Source of the DNA: an uncultured Deferribacteres bacterium
GTDB taxonomy: Bacteria > Zhuqueibacterota > Zhuqueibacteria > Zhuqueibacterales > Geothermadaptataceae
Reading direction: 5' to 3'
Length of the DNA stretch: 36,419 bases
Assembly (NCBI GenBank): GCA_964014485.1
Contig: CAXHAT010000069.1
Coordinates: 1-36,419, forward strand
Notes under the pieces: generated by a model
What the model saw: the letters and a program-made list of their open reading frames with translations, nothing else
Database searches by the model: none
Told to the model about the DNA's origin: nothing
Position numbers and translations under genes: made by a program
Shown: in pieces, positions 27,828-36,419 of the stretch
How the letters are laid out: the number at the start of each line of letters is the position of its first letter
Numbering within the stretch: the first letter of the stretch is position 1

Positions 27828-27997
27828 AGAGTTTTGGCTCCATCGTAAATAACGCAAATCCTTTAATGGCGAGACAGTCTGGATTTTTCCTTCTGATGAG
27901 CCTGCGGATTTTTCGACATTCTCGATCAGGTTCACGACGACCTGGACGAGTGATAAAAGCATTTTCTTGCAAAAGCCAGGCGGCAAATTCTTTTTGC

Positions 27998-28025
27998 GGA
28001 ATAAAACCGATTTAGAGCTGTACTC
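27998..28025 (+). promoter_or_regulatory. Possible ECF-type autoregulatory promoter
   Basis: GGAATA-N17-TACTC immediately upstream of the ECF sigma gene. Confidence 0.4.
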
Positions 28026-28030
28026 ATGTT

Positions 28031-28633
28031 ATGACGTCAACAAACTCGAATTTTTCCATAATGCCGGATGACGAGCAGGTTTCGCTCGCCGTACAAATTA
28101 AGGCTGGCCGACGAGACGCTTTTTCGCGCTTGATTCGTGCGTTTCAAAGACCTTTGTACGCCTCGGTCTGGCGTATTTTGCGCAATCATCACGAAACCGA
28201 TGACATTTTGCAGGACGCGTTCATTCGTCTGTTTCAGAACCGCGGCCGCATTGACCCGACGCGTCCGATCTACCCCTACCTTCGAAAAATCGCCGTTAAT
28301 CTTTCGATCAATCGCGTGAAAACTCGAAAGCATACGCTCCCGGTCGACGAAATGATCAACCTGCACGATGACACGGATTTGATGCGATTGACCGAGCAAA
28401 ACGAAACCCTCGCCACAGTCGCTCAGGCGATAAAAAAGCTGCCGGAAAATCAAAGAATCGTGCTGCAACTGCGGGTTCAGGAGGGATTGAGCTATCAGGA
28501 AATTTCCGAGACGCTGGAAATCAAAATTGGCACCGTGATGTCGAGGCTGGGGCGTGCGCGTGAAAAACTATTAGAGTTCATCGCCAAGGCGAATAACGTT
28601 TTGGCCAAAGAGAGCATTCGTCATGAATTGTAA
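28031..28633 (+). CDS. ECF RNA polymerase sigma factor
   Basis: TDDILQDAF, YLRKIAVN, LSYQEISETLEIKIGTVMSRLGRAR. Start 28031 or 28061. Confidence 0.92.
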   Translation: MTSTNSNFSIMPDDEQVSLAVQIKAGRRDAFSRLIRAFQRPLYASVWRILRNHHETDDILQDAFIRLFQNRGRIDPTRPIYPYLRKIAVNLSINRVKTRKHTLPVDEMINLHDDTDLMRLTEQNETLATVAQAIKKLPENQRIVLQLRVQEGLSYQEISETLEIKIGTVMSRLGRAREKLLEFIAKANNVLAKESIRHEL

Positions 28634-29774
28634 AGACGTAAAACAAAATCTTTTGGAAAGTGAACGCTTTGACGATCCTTCCGGCCTGCCCGAAGCGGTC
28701 GTTGAACATGTCGCAGAGTGCGAAAAATGTCGTACTTTGGCGGCCTCGCTGCAAAAAGTTGAAAAAATGGTGCATGACGCGGATGACGTTCCGTTTCCGG
28801 ACGAGGCCTATTTTGACCAACTGCCGGAAGCGGTTCTAGTCAAGCTTCCTCCGATTGCTGAATCAACTGAACGTGCGCCGCAAAAAAAACCTGGCTGGCT
28901 GCAAGATTTTTTCGCTTCGCCTTTCTTCAAACCAGCAATTGGATTTGCCGCCGCTTTGGTTTTGGTCGTCGTTTCTTGGCAGATGTTTGATTTTTCAGGC
29001 GACGATACCTCGGTTTCCACACAAAGCTTGATCTCGGAAGCGCAGGTTCCACAAACAGAGAACACAGGCGCGGCTGCAGATGCACCGCAAAAAATTTCTA
29101 ATGAGCAAGAAGATGCGCCACTAGATTCAGAAGCAGATTTTAGGGAAGAAAGTCAGACAGCCTCTCCGGTTCTTGCCAAGCAGACAGCCCGGGGCGTTGC
29201 GACGCCGAACGCGGACTCAATTGCTCAGACCGCGAAATTAGCGGCAAAGTCGCCCGCTGTCACGACGCTTGCAACTCAAGAACCGCCCCTGCCGATCGCG
29301 GCCGACGTTTCGAGCGCGGCTCCTTCTCAAGATATCGAGTTAGCATACACGGCTCAGGATACGCTTTTCTCGCTCGCGCCTCAAATGATGAGCGCTGCGC
29401 CAAAATCCGCCGTGAAAATATCGTCTGGTCAACTTAATGAAAAAAGCCGCAGCGGGCGCGCCATAAATTTTCGCCAACGCGACGCTTTTTTTACGAACGC
29501 AACTGGCTCTCCAAACGCCAACATGCAGGAGCTTGGTGAAAAGTGGTGCTCATTCCTGCTGTCGAAACCTGACGACGCACGGAAAAAAATCATGGCCGAT
29601 GAAATTTCAGAAGGAATTTTCAAACACGTCGATAGCACGAAGTCCCGGCAGGTTGTAGAAGAGGCCATAGTATTTTTTGAAGACGCCGAGAACGGTTTTC
29701 AGGCCGCTCTTGGTGAACAAGATTATCGCCAAAAGTTGAAGGATTTGAGAGAACGTTTGCGTAAATTCGAGTAG
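28623..29774 (+). CDS. Zinc-finger (ZAS) anti-sigma factor
   Basis: MNC...EHVAECEKC (HxxxCxxC), single TM, low-complexity periplasmic part; overlaps the sigma gene. Confidence 0.85.
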   Translation: MNCKDVKQNLLESERFDDPSGLPEAVVEHVAECEKCRTLAASLQKVEKMVHDADDVPFPDEAYFDQLPEAVLVKLPPIAESTERAPQKKPGWLQDFFASPFFKPAIGFAAALVLVVVSWQMFDFSGDDTSVSTQSLISEAQVPQTENTGAAADAPQKISNEQEDAPLDSEADFREESQTASPVLAKQTARGVATPNADSIAQTAKLAAKSPAVTTLATQEPPLPIAADVSSAAPSQDIELAYTAQDTLFSLAPQMMSAAPKSAVKISSGQLNEKSRSGRAINFRQRDAFFTNATGSPNANMQELGEKWCSFLLSKPDDARKKIMADEISEGIFKHVDSTKSRQVVEEAIVFFEDAENGFQAALGEQDYRQKLKDLRERLRKFE

Positions 29775-29787
29775 CGCGCAAGCGCCA

Positions 29788-29813
29788 TGTAACATAATCG
29801 CAGGCTTCGCGTA
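29788..29813 (+). promoter_or_regulatory. ECF-type promoter upstream of the pspC-domain gene
   Basis: TGTAAC-N16-CGTA, close to the SigW-like TGAAAC-N16-CGTA consensus. Confidence 0.55.
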
Positions 29814-29867
29814 GAATCCGAGCGTCCATGAAATCAACTTGTCTTCATATAAAAGGAGGAACCTGAC

Positions 29868-30104
29868 ATGACGCGCTTTTATCGTTCAACCAAAGATAAA
29901 AAACTGGCAGGGATTTGCGGCGCACTGGGCGAGATTTATAAAATTGATGCAAATCTTCTCCGAATTGTCACCGCCGTTCTGGCGTTGATGACCGGTTTTT
30001 TCCCGATCGTACTTCTTTACGGCGTTGCCTGGTTGCTGCTTCCAGAAGATTTGACGCTTCACGAAGCGCCGCCGATGCAGCAACACAAGGAGCACGCGGT
30101 ATAA
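29868..30104 (+). CDS. pspC: PspC domain protein
   Basis: FYRSTKDKKLAGICGALGE...LYGVAWLLLP; AAGGAGG RBS. Confidence 0.9.
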   Translation: MTRFYRSTKDKKLAGICGALGEIYKIDANLLRIVTAVLALMTGFFPIVLLYGVAWLLLPEDLTLHEAPPMQQHKEHAV

Positions 30105-30130
30105 ATCAAGACTGTCTTAAACAGCTTAAT

Positions 30131-30159
30131 AAAAAAGGGACTCACTGAGTCCTTTTTTT
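30131..30159 (+). terminator. Intrinsic terminator
   Basis: aaaaaagggactc-act-gagtccttttttt. Confidence 0.85.
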
Positions 30160-30334
30160 GTGACCACTCATTCCTCGCGAGCTTTCCCGCCGCTCTTTTC
30201 AACATTGATCCACCATCTTGTTCCACCGCTCTCTTCCCTCTCCGCCTTGACTTTCCAACGTATAATCAATATGTTGCCGACTCCACAAATTGAAGCTATT
30301 ACGTAAGCTGCATTTTTTACAGGGAGTCATTTGG

Positions 30335-31219
30335 ATGATTTTGAGAATTAAAAAGCAGGATGTTCTCGCAAGAGCGTCGATAGCCGCAACGCTATTGGCG
30401 GCCTTCATATTTTCAGGCTGTGCGGGATTAAAAGATTTCGCTTCAAACCAAACGCCGAAAGTCTCGGTCGGCAACGTTCGCCTGGACAAGCTTTCGTTTC
30501 AATCAGTCGATCTTCTTTTCGATCTCAATCTGGAAAACCCCAATCCGGTCGGCGTGACTATGGCTGGTTTCGACTATGATTTCTTGCTGAACGAATCTTC
30601 CTTCGTGAAGAGCGATCAGCAGGAAAAGCAATCGATTTCAGCAAACGGCTCCAGCACAATCCAGGTGCCGGTCAAACTCGCATTCGCCGATTTGTACAAA
30701 ATGTTCAGCGGGTTTAAAGACAAAGACAAGGCTGATTACGGCATAAATTTCGGTTTTTCCTTTGACGTCCCAATTCTTGGACTCGTCCGCGTTCCAGTCA
30801 GTCACTCCGGCGATATTCCGCTTCTCAAGCTTCCCAAGATCAGTCTGAGTTCGGTGAAACTCAGCAAGCTCAGCTTCACCGGCGCTGATCTGAATATCAA
30901 TCTTGGGTTCGAGAATCCGAACGCGTTCGGCATAAATCTGGATAAGCTCAACTACAAAATCGATCTTGGCGGCAACGAGTTCGCTACCGGGACAAGCGAA
31001 AACGTCATGAGCGTTGGTGAAAAAGAAAACAGCACAATTTCGCTGCCAGTCTCACTCAATTTCCTGAAAGCGGGTCGCTCGGCCTATAACCTGTTAAAAA
31101 ACAAAGGCGACGTGAGCTATAAACTCGCCGGCGACCTCGATCTTTCCACAACACTGCCAATAATCGGCAAGGTCAATCTACCGTTCAATCAGTCAGGGCA
31201 AATCCCGGTTTCGCAGTAA
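30335..31219 (+). CDS. Lipoprotein with two LEA_2/WHy domains
   Basis: FSGC lipobox; two ENPN motifs in duplicated beta domains; AGGGAG RBS before ATG 30335. Confidence 0.85.
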   Translation: MILRIKKQDVLARASIAATLLAAFIFSGCAGLKDFASNQTPKVSVGNVRLDKLSFQSVDLLFDLNLENPNPVGVTMAGFDYDFLLNESSFVKSDQQEKQSISANGSSTIQVPVKLAFADLYKMFSGFKDKDKADYGINFGFSFDVPILGLVRVPVSHSGDIPLLKLPKISLSSVKLSKLSFTGADLNINLGFENPNAFGINLDKLNYKIDLGGNEFATGTSENVMSVGEKENSTISLPVSLNFLKAGRSAYNLLKNKGDVSYKLAGDLDLSTTLPIIGKVNLPFNQSGQIPVSQ

Positions 31220-31254
31220 GCCAGCAGGAATTTTTTTTCGAAAAAGCGCATTGC

Positions 31255-31294
31255 AACAGCTCGTCACAACTTTTGAGGCGGGCTGTTTTCTTTT
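31255..31294 (+). terminator. Probable intrinsic terminator
   Basis: aacagctcgtc...ggcgggctgtt followed by ttctttt. Confidence 0.55.
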
Positions 31295-31443
31295 GCAACC
31301 CAAGGGATAATATTTTAACCTTTTATGAAGCAACGGAGCGAATCGCGACGGTCTGCTCCGACCAAATTGCTCATAAATTTTGTTCAAAATCTTCGAATTT
31401 CCGCCCTAACCCGCGCAACTGATTCATCATATCGGAGGCTGTA

Positions 31444-32958
31444 ATGAATTCTGGCGTCAAATTACAAAATAACATGAAGCGCGCCCTGATTTTCGGCGCA
31501 GTTGTTCTCGTTCTCAACTACGTCTGGGTATACATCGCCGGTGCATTTGAATCCGGCTCAACCGGCGAAACCGCGTTGCGCTTCGTGAAATACGGTTACA
31601 ACCTCTTATTCCTGGTTTACCTGGCGCGCATTCAACTAAAACTGCATTGGCAAATTATCTTCGGTCTTATCATCGGCCTCAGCTATGGCGTCGCCGCCGC
31701 CGTGGAGCAATCCGGCGCATTTACCAACGATTGGGTCACGCCGCTCGGCGATATTTTTCTCAACCTATTGAAGCTTATCGCTGTGCCCCTGGTTTTGGGT
31801 TCGCTCGTCACTGGCGTCGCTTCGTTGTCGGATGTGAGAAAGCTCTCTCGAATTGGCGGGAAAACCATTGCCATTTACGTCACCACCACGGCAATCGCCG
31901 TCACGCTCGGCTTGATTCTCGTCAACACCATACAGCCCGGCAACGGCGTGCCGCAGGATTTGCAAGACAAACTTCAGTCGGAATATCAGAGCGGCGCGGA
32001 ATCACGTCTGAGTCAAGCTGAGTCCGTGAAAGAACGCGGGCCGCTGCAAATCTTCGTCGACATGGTTCCCGGAAACATTTTCAATTCGGTGGGCGACAAC
32101 CGCAACATGCTGCAAGTCGTGTTTTTTGCAATTCTGTTCGGCATTGCGCTCATTATGATTCCTAAAGAGAAAAGCACCCCGATCATCAAGGTTTTTGAAG
32201 GGCTGACCCTTGCCATCATCAAAATCGTCGACGTGATCATGCTGATCGCCCCCATCGGCGTTTTCGGATTGATTGCAAAGACAATTAATCTTGTCGCAAA
32301 AGATAATCTGTCGCAAATCGGCGAACTTTTGGGGGCGCTCGGCTCCTATAGTTTTGTTATTGTACTCGGCCTGCTTTTGCACACCATCATCGTCTATCCT
32401 TCCATAATGAAACTCTTCACCAAAATGCCGATTACAACATTCTTTAAAGGCATGACGCCGGTTCAATTGCTTGCTTTTACAACCAGTTCCAGCGGAGCGA
32501 CGCTGCCGCTGACTATGGAAACTTGCGAAAGAAAGCTCGGCGTTTCCGATGAAGTCAGCTCGTTCGTTCTGCCGCTTGGCGCAACTATCAACATGGACGG
32601 CACCGCCCTTTACCAAGCCGTCGCTTCGGTGTTTATTGCGCAAGCCATTGGCATTGGCCTGGACTTGACCGCCCAGCTTCAAATCATTTTGACTGCCGTG
32701 CTCGCTTCCATCGGAACCGCCGCCGTGCCGGGGGCCGGGATTATTATGTTGGTGATTATTCTGGAAACGGTGGGCGTGCCAACCGCGGGCATTGCGCTGA
32801 TTTTAGGCGTGGATCGCATCTTGGACATGTGTCGGACGGTGACCAACGTCACTGGCGACGCCACAGTCGCAACAGTGGTCGCTTCAACGGAAGGTCAACT
32901 TGGCGAGCCGAATTTGGATTATGAATTGACTGGAGAAGTGCATTTGGCGAGCGATTAA
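31444..32958 (+). CDS. Dicarboxylate/amino acid:cation symporter (DAACS, GltP/GltT-like)
   Basis: FTTSSSGATLP, GATINMDGT, GVDRILDMCRTVTNVTGD; GGAGG RBS. Confidence 0.95.
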   Translation: MNSGVKLQNNMKRALIFGAVVLVLNYVWVYIAGAFESGSTGETALRFVKYGYNLLFLVYLARIQLKLHWQIIFGLIIGLSYGVAAAVEQSGAFTNDWVTPLGDIFLNLLKLIAVPLVLGSLVTGVASLSDVRKLSRIGGKTIAIYVTTTAIAVTLGLILVNTIQPGNGVPQDLQDKLQSEYQSGAESRLSQAESVKERGPLQIFVDMVPGNIFNSVGDNRNMLQVVFFAILFGIALIMIPKEKSTPIIKVFEGLTLAIIKIVDVIMLIAPIGVFGLIAKTINLVAKDNLSQIGELLGALGSYSFVIVLGLLLHTIIVYPSIMKLFTKMPITTFFKGMTPVQLLAFTTSSSGATLPLTMETCERKLGVSDEVSSFVLPLGATINMDGTALYQAVASVFIAQAIGIGLDLTAQLQIILTAVLASIGTAAVPGAGIIMLVIILETVGVPTAGIALILGVDRILDMCRTVTNVTGDATVATVVASTEGQLGEPNLDYELTGEVHLASD

Positions 32959-33049
32959 TTCAGTCTTTGAGCATTTCTTCGCGTCACTTTCAGCCGGCCA
33001 GCGGTGTTGATCGGAAAGTAATTTGGGAATCAAACGCTTCAGCGTTTGC

Positions 33050-33155
33050 GTGCTGGTTTGCCGTCACTGGCGGCGATGAATCGTCGCACTCCGAAAAACA
33101 TCATTCAGAATCGTCACACAACATCTCGTAGGGGTTCAAGATTTTGAACCCCTAC
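33050..33155. repeat. REP-like palindrome cluster
   Basis: ggcgatgaatcgtcgcactcc (related to 34797-34818) and the perfect GTAG-type hairpin gtaggggttcaa-gatt-ttgaacccctac (33128-33155). Confidence 0.7.
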
Positions 33156-33337
33156 ACTTGGTACATTTCTCATTCGGAAACCATGTTGGGGATAGCGCCT
33201 TTTTCAAGGCAAAGCAGAAGCTTCATACCCGGCTGCAATCGCCAATTGTTCGGTTCACAAACGCTCCTTCCCATCGGAATTTGCGAACAAATCATCGGTC
33301 ATTCCCGCCTCCAAACAATATCGCCCTGACGTCAATT

Positions 33338-34591
33338 CTAAATCAGCTTTCGCGAAACCAATTTGACCTGCTTACGCTCACCATTTCGCTTCACTGACAA
33401 GATCATTCCTCTACCAGGTTTTTCACGAAGCAGCGCCGTAATTTCGTGTGCCGACAGTTGAGAAACGGCGCGGCCATTTACTGAAATCAAGCGGTCACCG
33501 GCACGAAGCCCAGCCTCTTGCGCGGGGGAATTTGGGACGACCTCCGTGATTTTGATCTCATCGGCGCCGTTTTTTGCAGGCAACAAGAACATGCCCGTCG
33601 TATTCGCTTCAAAAGGATCGTCAAAATCTTGATTCGGTTCCAAAATCATTTGGCTGCGAGAGTAGTCAAGAATGACTCGGAACCGTTTAAGAACCCGTGC
33701 CCCAAGCAACCCGTGAAACGGCTGACTCCCTGCAAAAGTTTTCACCGGCGCAAAGCCTTCGCGATCTGGAAATGTCGTCACGACGTTCGTAAATTGGAAA
33801 TCTTGCAATTTTAGAGATGCGATCCTGCCCAATGCGCCATGCATCGGCCCGTTGGCGCCATAGCCGATAACAAGATCGGATATGTGCTTTTTAGGCAAAA
33901 ACAAGTTCTCGTCGGTGTATGGCGCAAGCGACAGCGCAAATGCAGCGCCGGTATCCACCGCAAGACTGACTTTCGTTTCGCGGCCTCCGTCGATGTTCAC
34001 CGTCGCGTCCACGTAGATGTGGTTTTTCACAACGATCGGCACGACAACGCCTCTGCCGGAATAAGCGTAAGTTTCCGGGCGATGGAATCGAATCACGTTC
34101 TTGATCCAATCGATATCGACGACCAAATTATCAAACACCGGCTTGCCGAAAACGCCGTCCCAATCGCGACCGGGCAATTTCTCGCCCGCACCGACCGCCA
34201 TTAATGCGTTTGTCACATCGATTCCGCCGAAGGAAAATGTCACATTTCCCGCCAAGGGTACCGTAGAAGCCTGCCCGCTTCCAACGCCGCCGACCGCCGC
34301 CTGTGCAATGATCTCAAGATCAATCATTTTCGCAGCTTCTGAATCAGGAAATATCGCCACGGGAGCGCCAGTGTCCAGAATGAATTTAAGCGTTTTCGAA
34401 CCGTTGACTTGCACAGGCATGATGATGTGTCCGTTCGGCCCTTGTTCGAATGGAATTTCCACCGCAGTTTTGCCTTCCGGAAAACGAAGGCCAGACTTGG
34501 CGTTGAATTGAGCGAATACATTGCAGCCGCCGATAAGAAACGCGATGAACAGAACAAAGAAGAGTGACGTTTTTTTGTTTTTCATGCTCAT
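33338..34591 (-). CDS. Aspartyl protease (two retropepsin-like domains) with C-terminal PDZ domain
   Basis: FILDTGA and AVDTGA, GVFG/GLLG motifs, VVPNSPAQEAGLRAGDRLISVNG (PDZ); signal peptide with possible IGGC lipobox. Confidence 0.9.
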   Translation of the reverse strand: MSMKNKKTSLFFVLFIAFLIGGCNVFAQFNAKSGLRFPEGKTAVEIPFEQGPNGHIIMPVQVNGSKTLKFILDTGAPVAIFPDSEAAKMIDLEIIAQAAVGGVGSGQASTVPLAGNVTFSFGGIDVTNALMAVGAGEKLPGRDWDGVFGKPVFDNLVVDIDWIKNVIRFHRPETYAYSGRGVVVPIVVKNHIYVDATVNIDGGRETKVSLAVDTGAAFALSLAPYTDENLFLPKKHISDLVIGYGANGPMHGALGRIASLKLQDFQFTNVVTTFPDREGFAPVKTFAGSQPFHGLLGARVLKRFRVILDYSRSQMILEPNQDFDDPFEANTTGMFLLPAKNGADEIKITEVVPNSPAQEAGLRAGDRLISVNGRAVSQLSAHEITALLREKPGRGMILSVKRNGERKQVKLVSRKLI

Positions 34592-34622
34592 TTTCTAATT
34601 TTAATCCAGAATCTTTTACAAA

Positions 34623-34770
34623 TTGATGTTACGCACTCTTAAAAAGTCCTCAAGCAGCACCAGAGAAGCGTCGTTTTTACGTCACTCCCGCGCAGGCGGG
34701 AATCCAGGGGCTGCGCACGATTGACTGGGTTCCCGCCTGCGCGGGAATGACTTTAACAGGAGTTTCTTTG
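34623..34770. mobile_element. Family B element, copy 3 (one end missing)
   Basis: ttgatgttacgcactcttaaaaagtcctcaagcagcacc...ttttacgtcactcccgcgcaggcgggaatcc...cccgcctgcgcgggaatgacttt aligns by eye with the reverse complement of 9001-9129. Confidence 0.78.
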
Positions 34771-34946
34771 ACTTGAAGTGCGGCGCTGCAACGGAACGAC
34801 GATGAATAGCCGCACTCCGAAAAGTGTTTCTCGGAGAAGTCCCCCGATTATGCCGCACGCCAATTCTCCAATCGTTTTTAGAATGCGGTGTTTCCGCAAT
34901 GTTCACGCACATTTGGAAACTCTTCGAGGAGCTGTCCAAGTAAAAT

Positions 34947-35792
34947 CTATTTCACTAAAGCCAAGGTCGATTTTTCGGATTGTACAATCGGGATTTTCAA
35001 TCCTTGAGATGAAATGTCGATCATCAAATTCGATTGAGACTCTGTTTCCGCCAAGATCAAAACGCCTTTTTTCGGCGCAAAATAGAGCGTTTCCTTTGCA
35101 GAACCTTTGCCCGTCATCACAAATTCTAAACCCTGCAGCAAACCGTCGCCTTGAATTTTTGAAGTTGACGCAACGCTTATTTTCAGGCATTTGTAGCCAT
35201 TCTTTTTTTCACTGCCAAGCAGCGTATAAGCGTAAGTTGAGCTGACAATTGTCATCCGATCTTTCGTTTTCGAGGTATCAACGTCAGTGGCGCGAACGGT
35301 TTTTCCAACGGATAATGCTTCAGCCGGCAGGTTGGGGAACCACTCCCCGTCGGTTGAAAAACCGAATTGCGCCAAAACGCCGACGTCAATCGGATCGAGC
35401 TCTTCAGACTTGATCAAATCGCCGTTTGCAGCAATGCTTTTCCGGATTCTCTTGCCAATGAGCCCTTCTGGATTTTCGACTTTCCGCGTCAACGCCGGGT
35501 GGTTAACGTCAAAAGTCATGGCGTCATAAACAACTGAAAACGTCGCGCCTTCCACCAGCGAACTTTCGCCGGTGAACCGAACCTTCGCATCCATTGTAGT
35601 CTTGCTCTCCTGCTTTTGCCCGCCAATTTCCTGGACAGTTTCGATGTTCTTGCTCCAGGAATAAATCAACTTGTCGCCCTTGTCAAATTTGTATTTGAGC
35701 AATTGGCCGTTTTTGCTGTTCGCAAACGCCGCCGCGAACGCGCCGATTAGGAGCAGGGACATTAATCGAGAAAAATGAGCTTTGCGTTTCAT
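34947..35792 (-). CDS. Hypothetical secreted beta-rich protein
   Basis: Start re-called to ATG 35792 giving signal peptide MKRKAHFSRLMSLLLIGAFAAAFA; LKYKFDKGDKLIY and LPAEALSVGKT motifs. Confidence 0.7.
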   Translation of the reverse strand: MKRKAHFSRLMSLLLIGAFAAAFANSKNGQLLKYKFDKGDKLIYSWSKNIETVQEIGGQKQESKTTMDAKVRFTGESSLVEGATFSVVYDAMTFDVNHPALTRKVENPEGLIGKRIRKSIAANGDLIKSEELDPIDVGVLAQFGFSTDGEWFPNLPAEALSVGKTVRATDVDTSKTKDRMTIVSSTYAYTLLGSEKKNGYKCLKISVASTSKIQGDGLLQGLEFVMTGKGSAKETLYFAPKKGVLILAETESQSNLMIDISSQGLKIPIVQSEKSTLALVK

Positions 35793-35921
35793 TGTAAGCC
35801 TCACTGATATTGAAATAAATTTGCCGCCGTAAGGAAGCCGTTGATTCATCCCCACAATGGCAGATTCGAAAAAGGGTTGCAAAAAATGTTGTTGGGACGG
35901 TCTCCCCCGAGGTCTTTTGTC

Positions 35922-36061
35922 TGATACCAATTTCCATAGTTTGGTATCAACACTTGGCCTGTCATTCAGGAGGAATCTATGTCGTCCAATGCTCGCGATG
36001 ACATAGATTCTTCCTGAATGACAGGCTATTCATATACATAAAATCACGGAAAATGGTATGA
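35922..36061. mobile_element. MITE-like element family D
   Basis: tgataccaatttcc / ggaaaatggtatga ends (12/14) enclosing a 27-bp stem gcctgtcattcaggaggaatctatgtc / gacatagattcttcctgaatgacaggc with one mismatch. Confidence 0.7.
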
Positions 36062-36293
36062 CATTTTGAATGCGACAAAAAATTCCGATCAGTCACGTTG
36101 CTGTGCACGTTCTAACTCTGACAGGGTTCAGAATCCTGGCAAAGTTAAATCGGTTGTTTGTATGCTGGAACCACAAATGCGGTTGGTCAACTGAAAAATC
36201 ACATCTTGGAAATCCGTCGGAGCAGGTCATAGCGCAGGTGCGGGCGAGAATAGAAGTTGCGGAGTTTTGGGCAAAGGGACAGGTTGTGAGTAA

Positions 36294-36419
36294 CTGATGT
36301 TACGCGCCAGCTTCATAATCCTCAACTGTTTATCAACGCCATTCCGCGGAAGCGCACTACCCGTCAACCTAATTTCGGGACGCCCAAATTCTCGTTCCCA
36401 ATCTCTGGATTGGGAGCGC
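36294..36419. mobile_element. Family B element, copy 4 (runs off the window)
   Basis: ctgatgttacgcgccagc...atcctcaa resembles 7629 and 9001; carries another hairpin, cgttcccaatctctggattgggagcg. Confidence 0.68.

Noticed and set aside
31335..31380. Riboswitch upstream of the DAACS symporter
   Set aside because: A weak hairpin exists but I see no glycine, glutamine or lysine riboswitch consensus; an Rfam scan would settle it.
36070..36297. 75-aa ORF near the right end
   Set aside because: No RBS or recognisable motif, and it lies between two repeat elements.

Overview
Bacterial chromosomal window. The C-terminal YQNYPNPFNP/FlgD-Ig domain, the ECF/anti-sigma pairs and the repeat load suggest an FCB-related lineage such as KSB1 or Calditrichota (inference only). 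Layout: (1) 1-4310, minus strand: surface-polysaccharide genes (partial Wzz/Wzc-like gene, a degenerate sigma54-activator-like AAA+ protein, a GT-C glycosyltransferase). (2) 4481-17055, plus strand: an envelope-stress-like block behind a YtrA-type palindrome, containing a GntR-GAF-PP2C fusion, a second stand-alone GntR, one ABC ATPase, four paralogous permeases plus a probable relic of a fifth, an AlbA_2/Schlafen protein, an ECF sigma/anti-sigma pair and a secreted SxxK serine hydrolase. (3) An unannotated 43-aa membrane microprotein, a malonyl-CoA-synthetase-like gene and a secreted beta-propeller. (4) 20268-27529, minus strand: a polysaccharide operon (nucleotide-sugar dehydrogenase, SLBB exporter, Wzz, Wzx, kinase-like/methyltransferase fusion). 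(5) ECF/ZAS pair, pspC-domain gene, tandem LEA_2 lipoprotein, DAACS symporter, aspartyl protease-PDZ and a secreted hypothetical. Intergenic DNA carries several families of miniature inverted-repeat elements wrapping different REP-like hairpins. One family shows two independent perfect 8-bp target duplications, each directly abutting the end of a second family. No transposase, rRNA, tRNA or CRISPR array was seen. All calls are by eye from motifs; no database searches were run.
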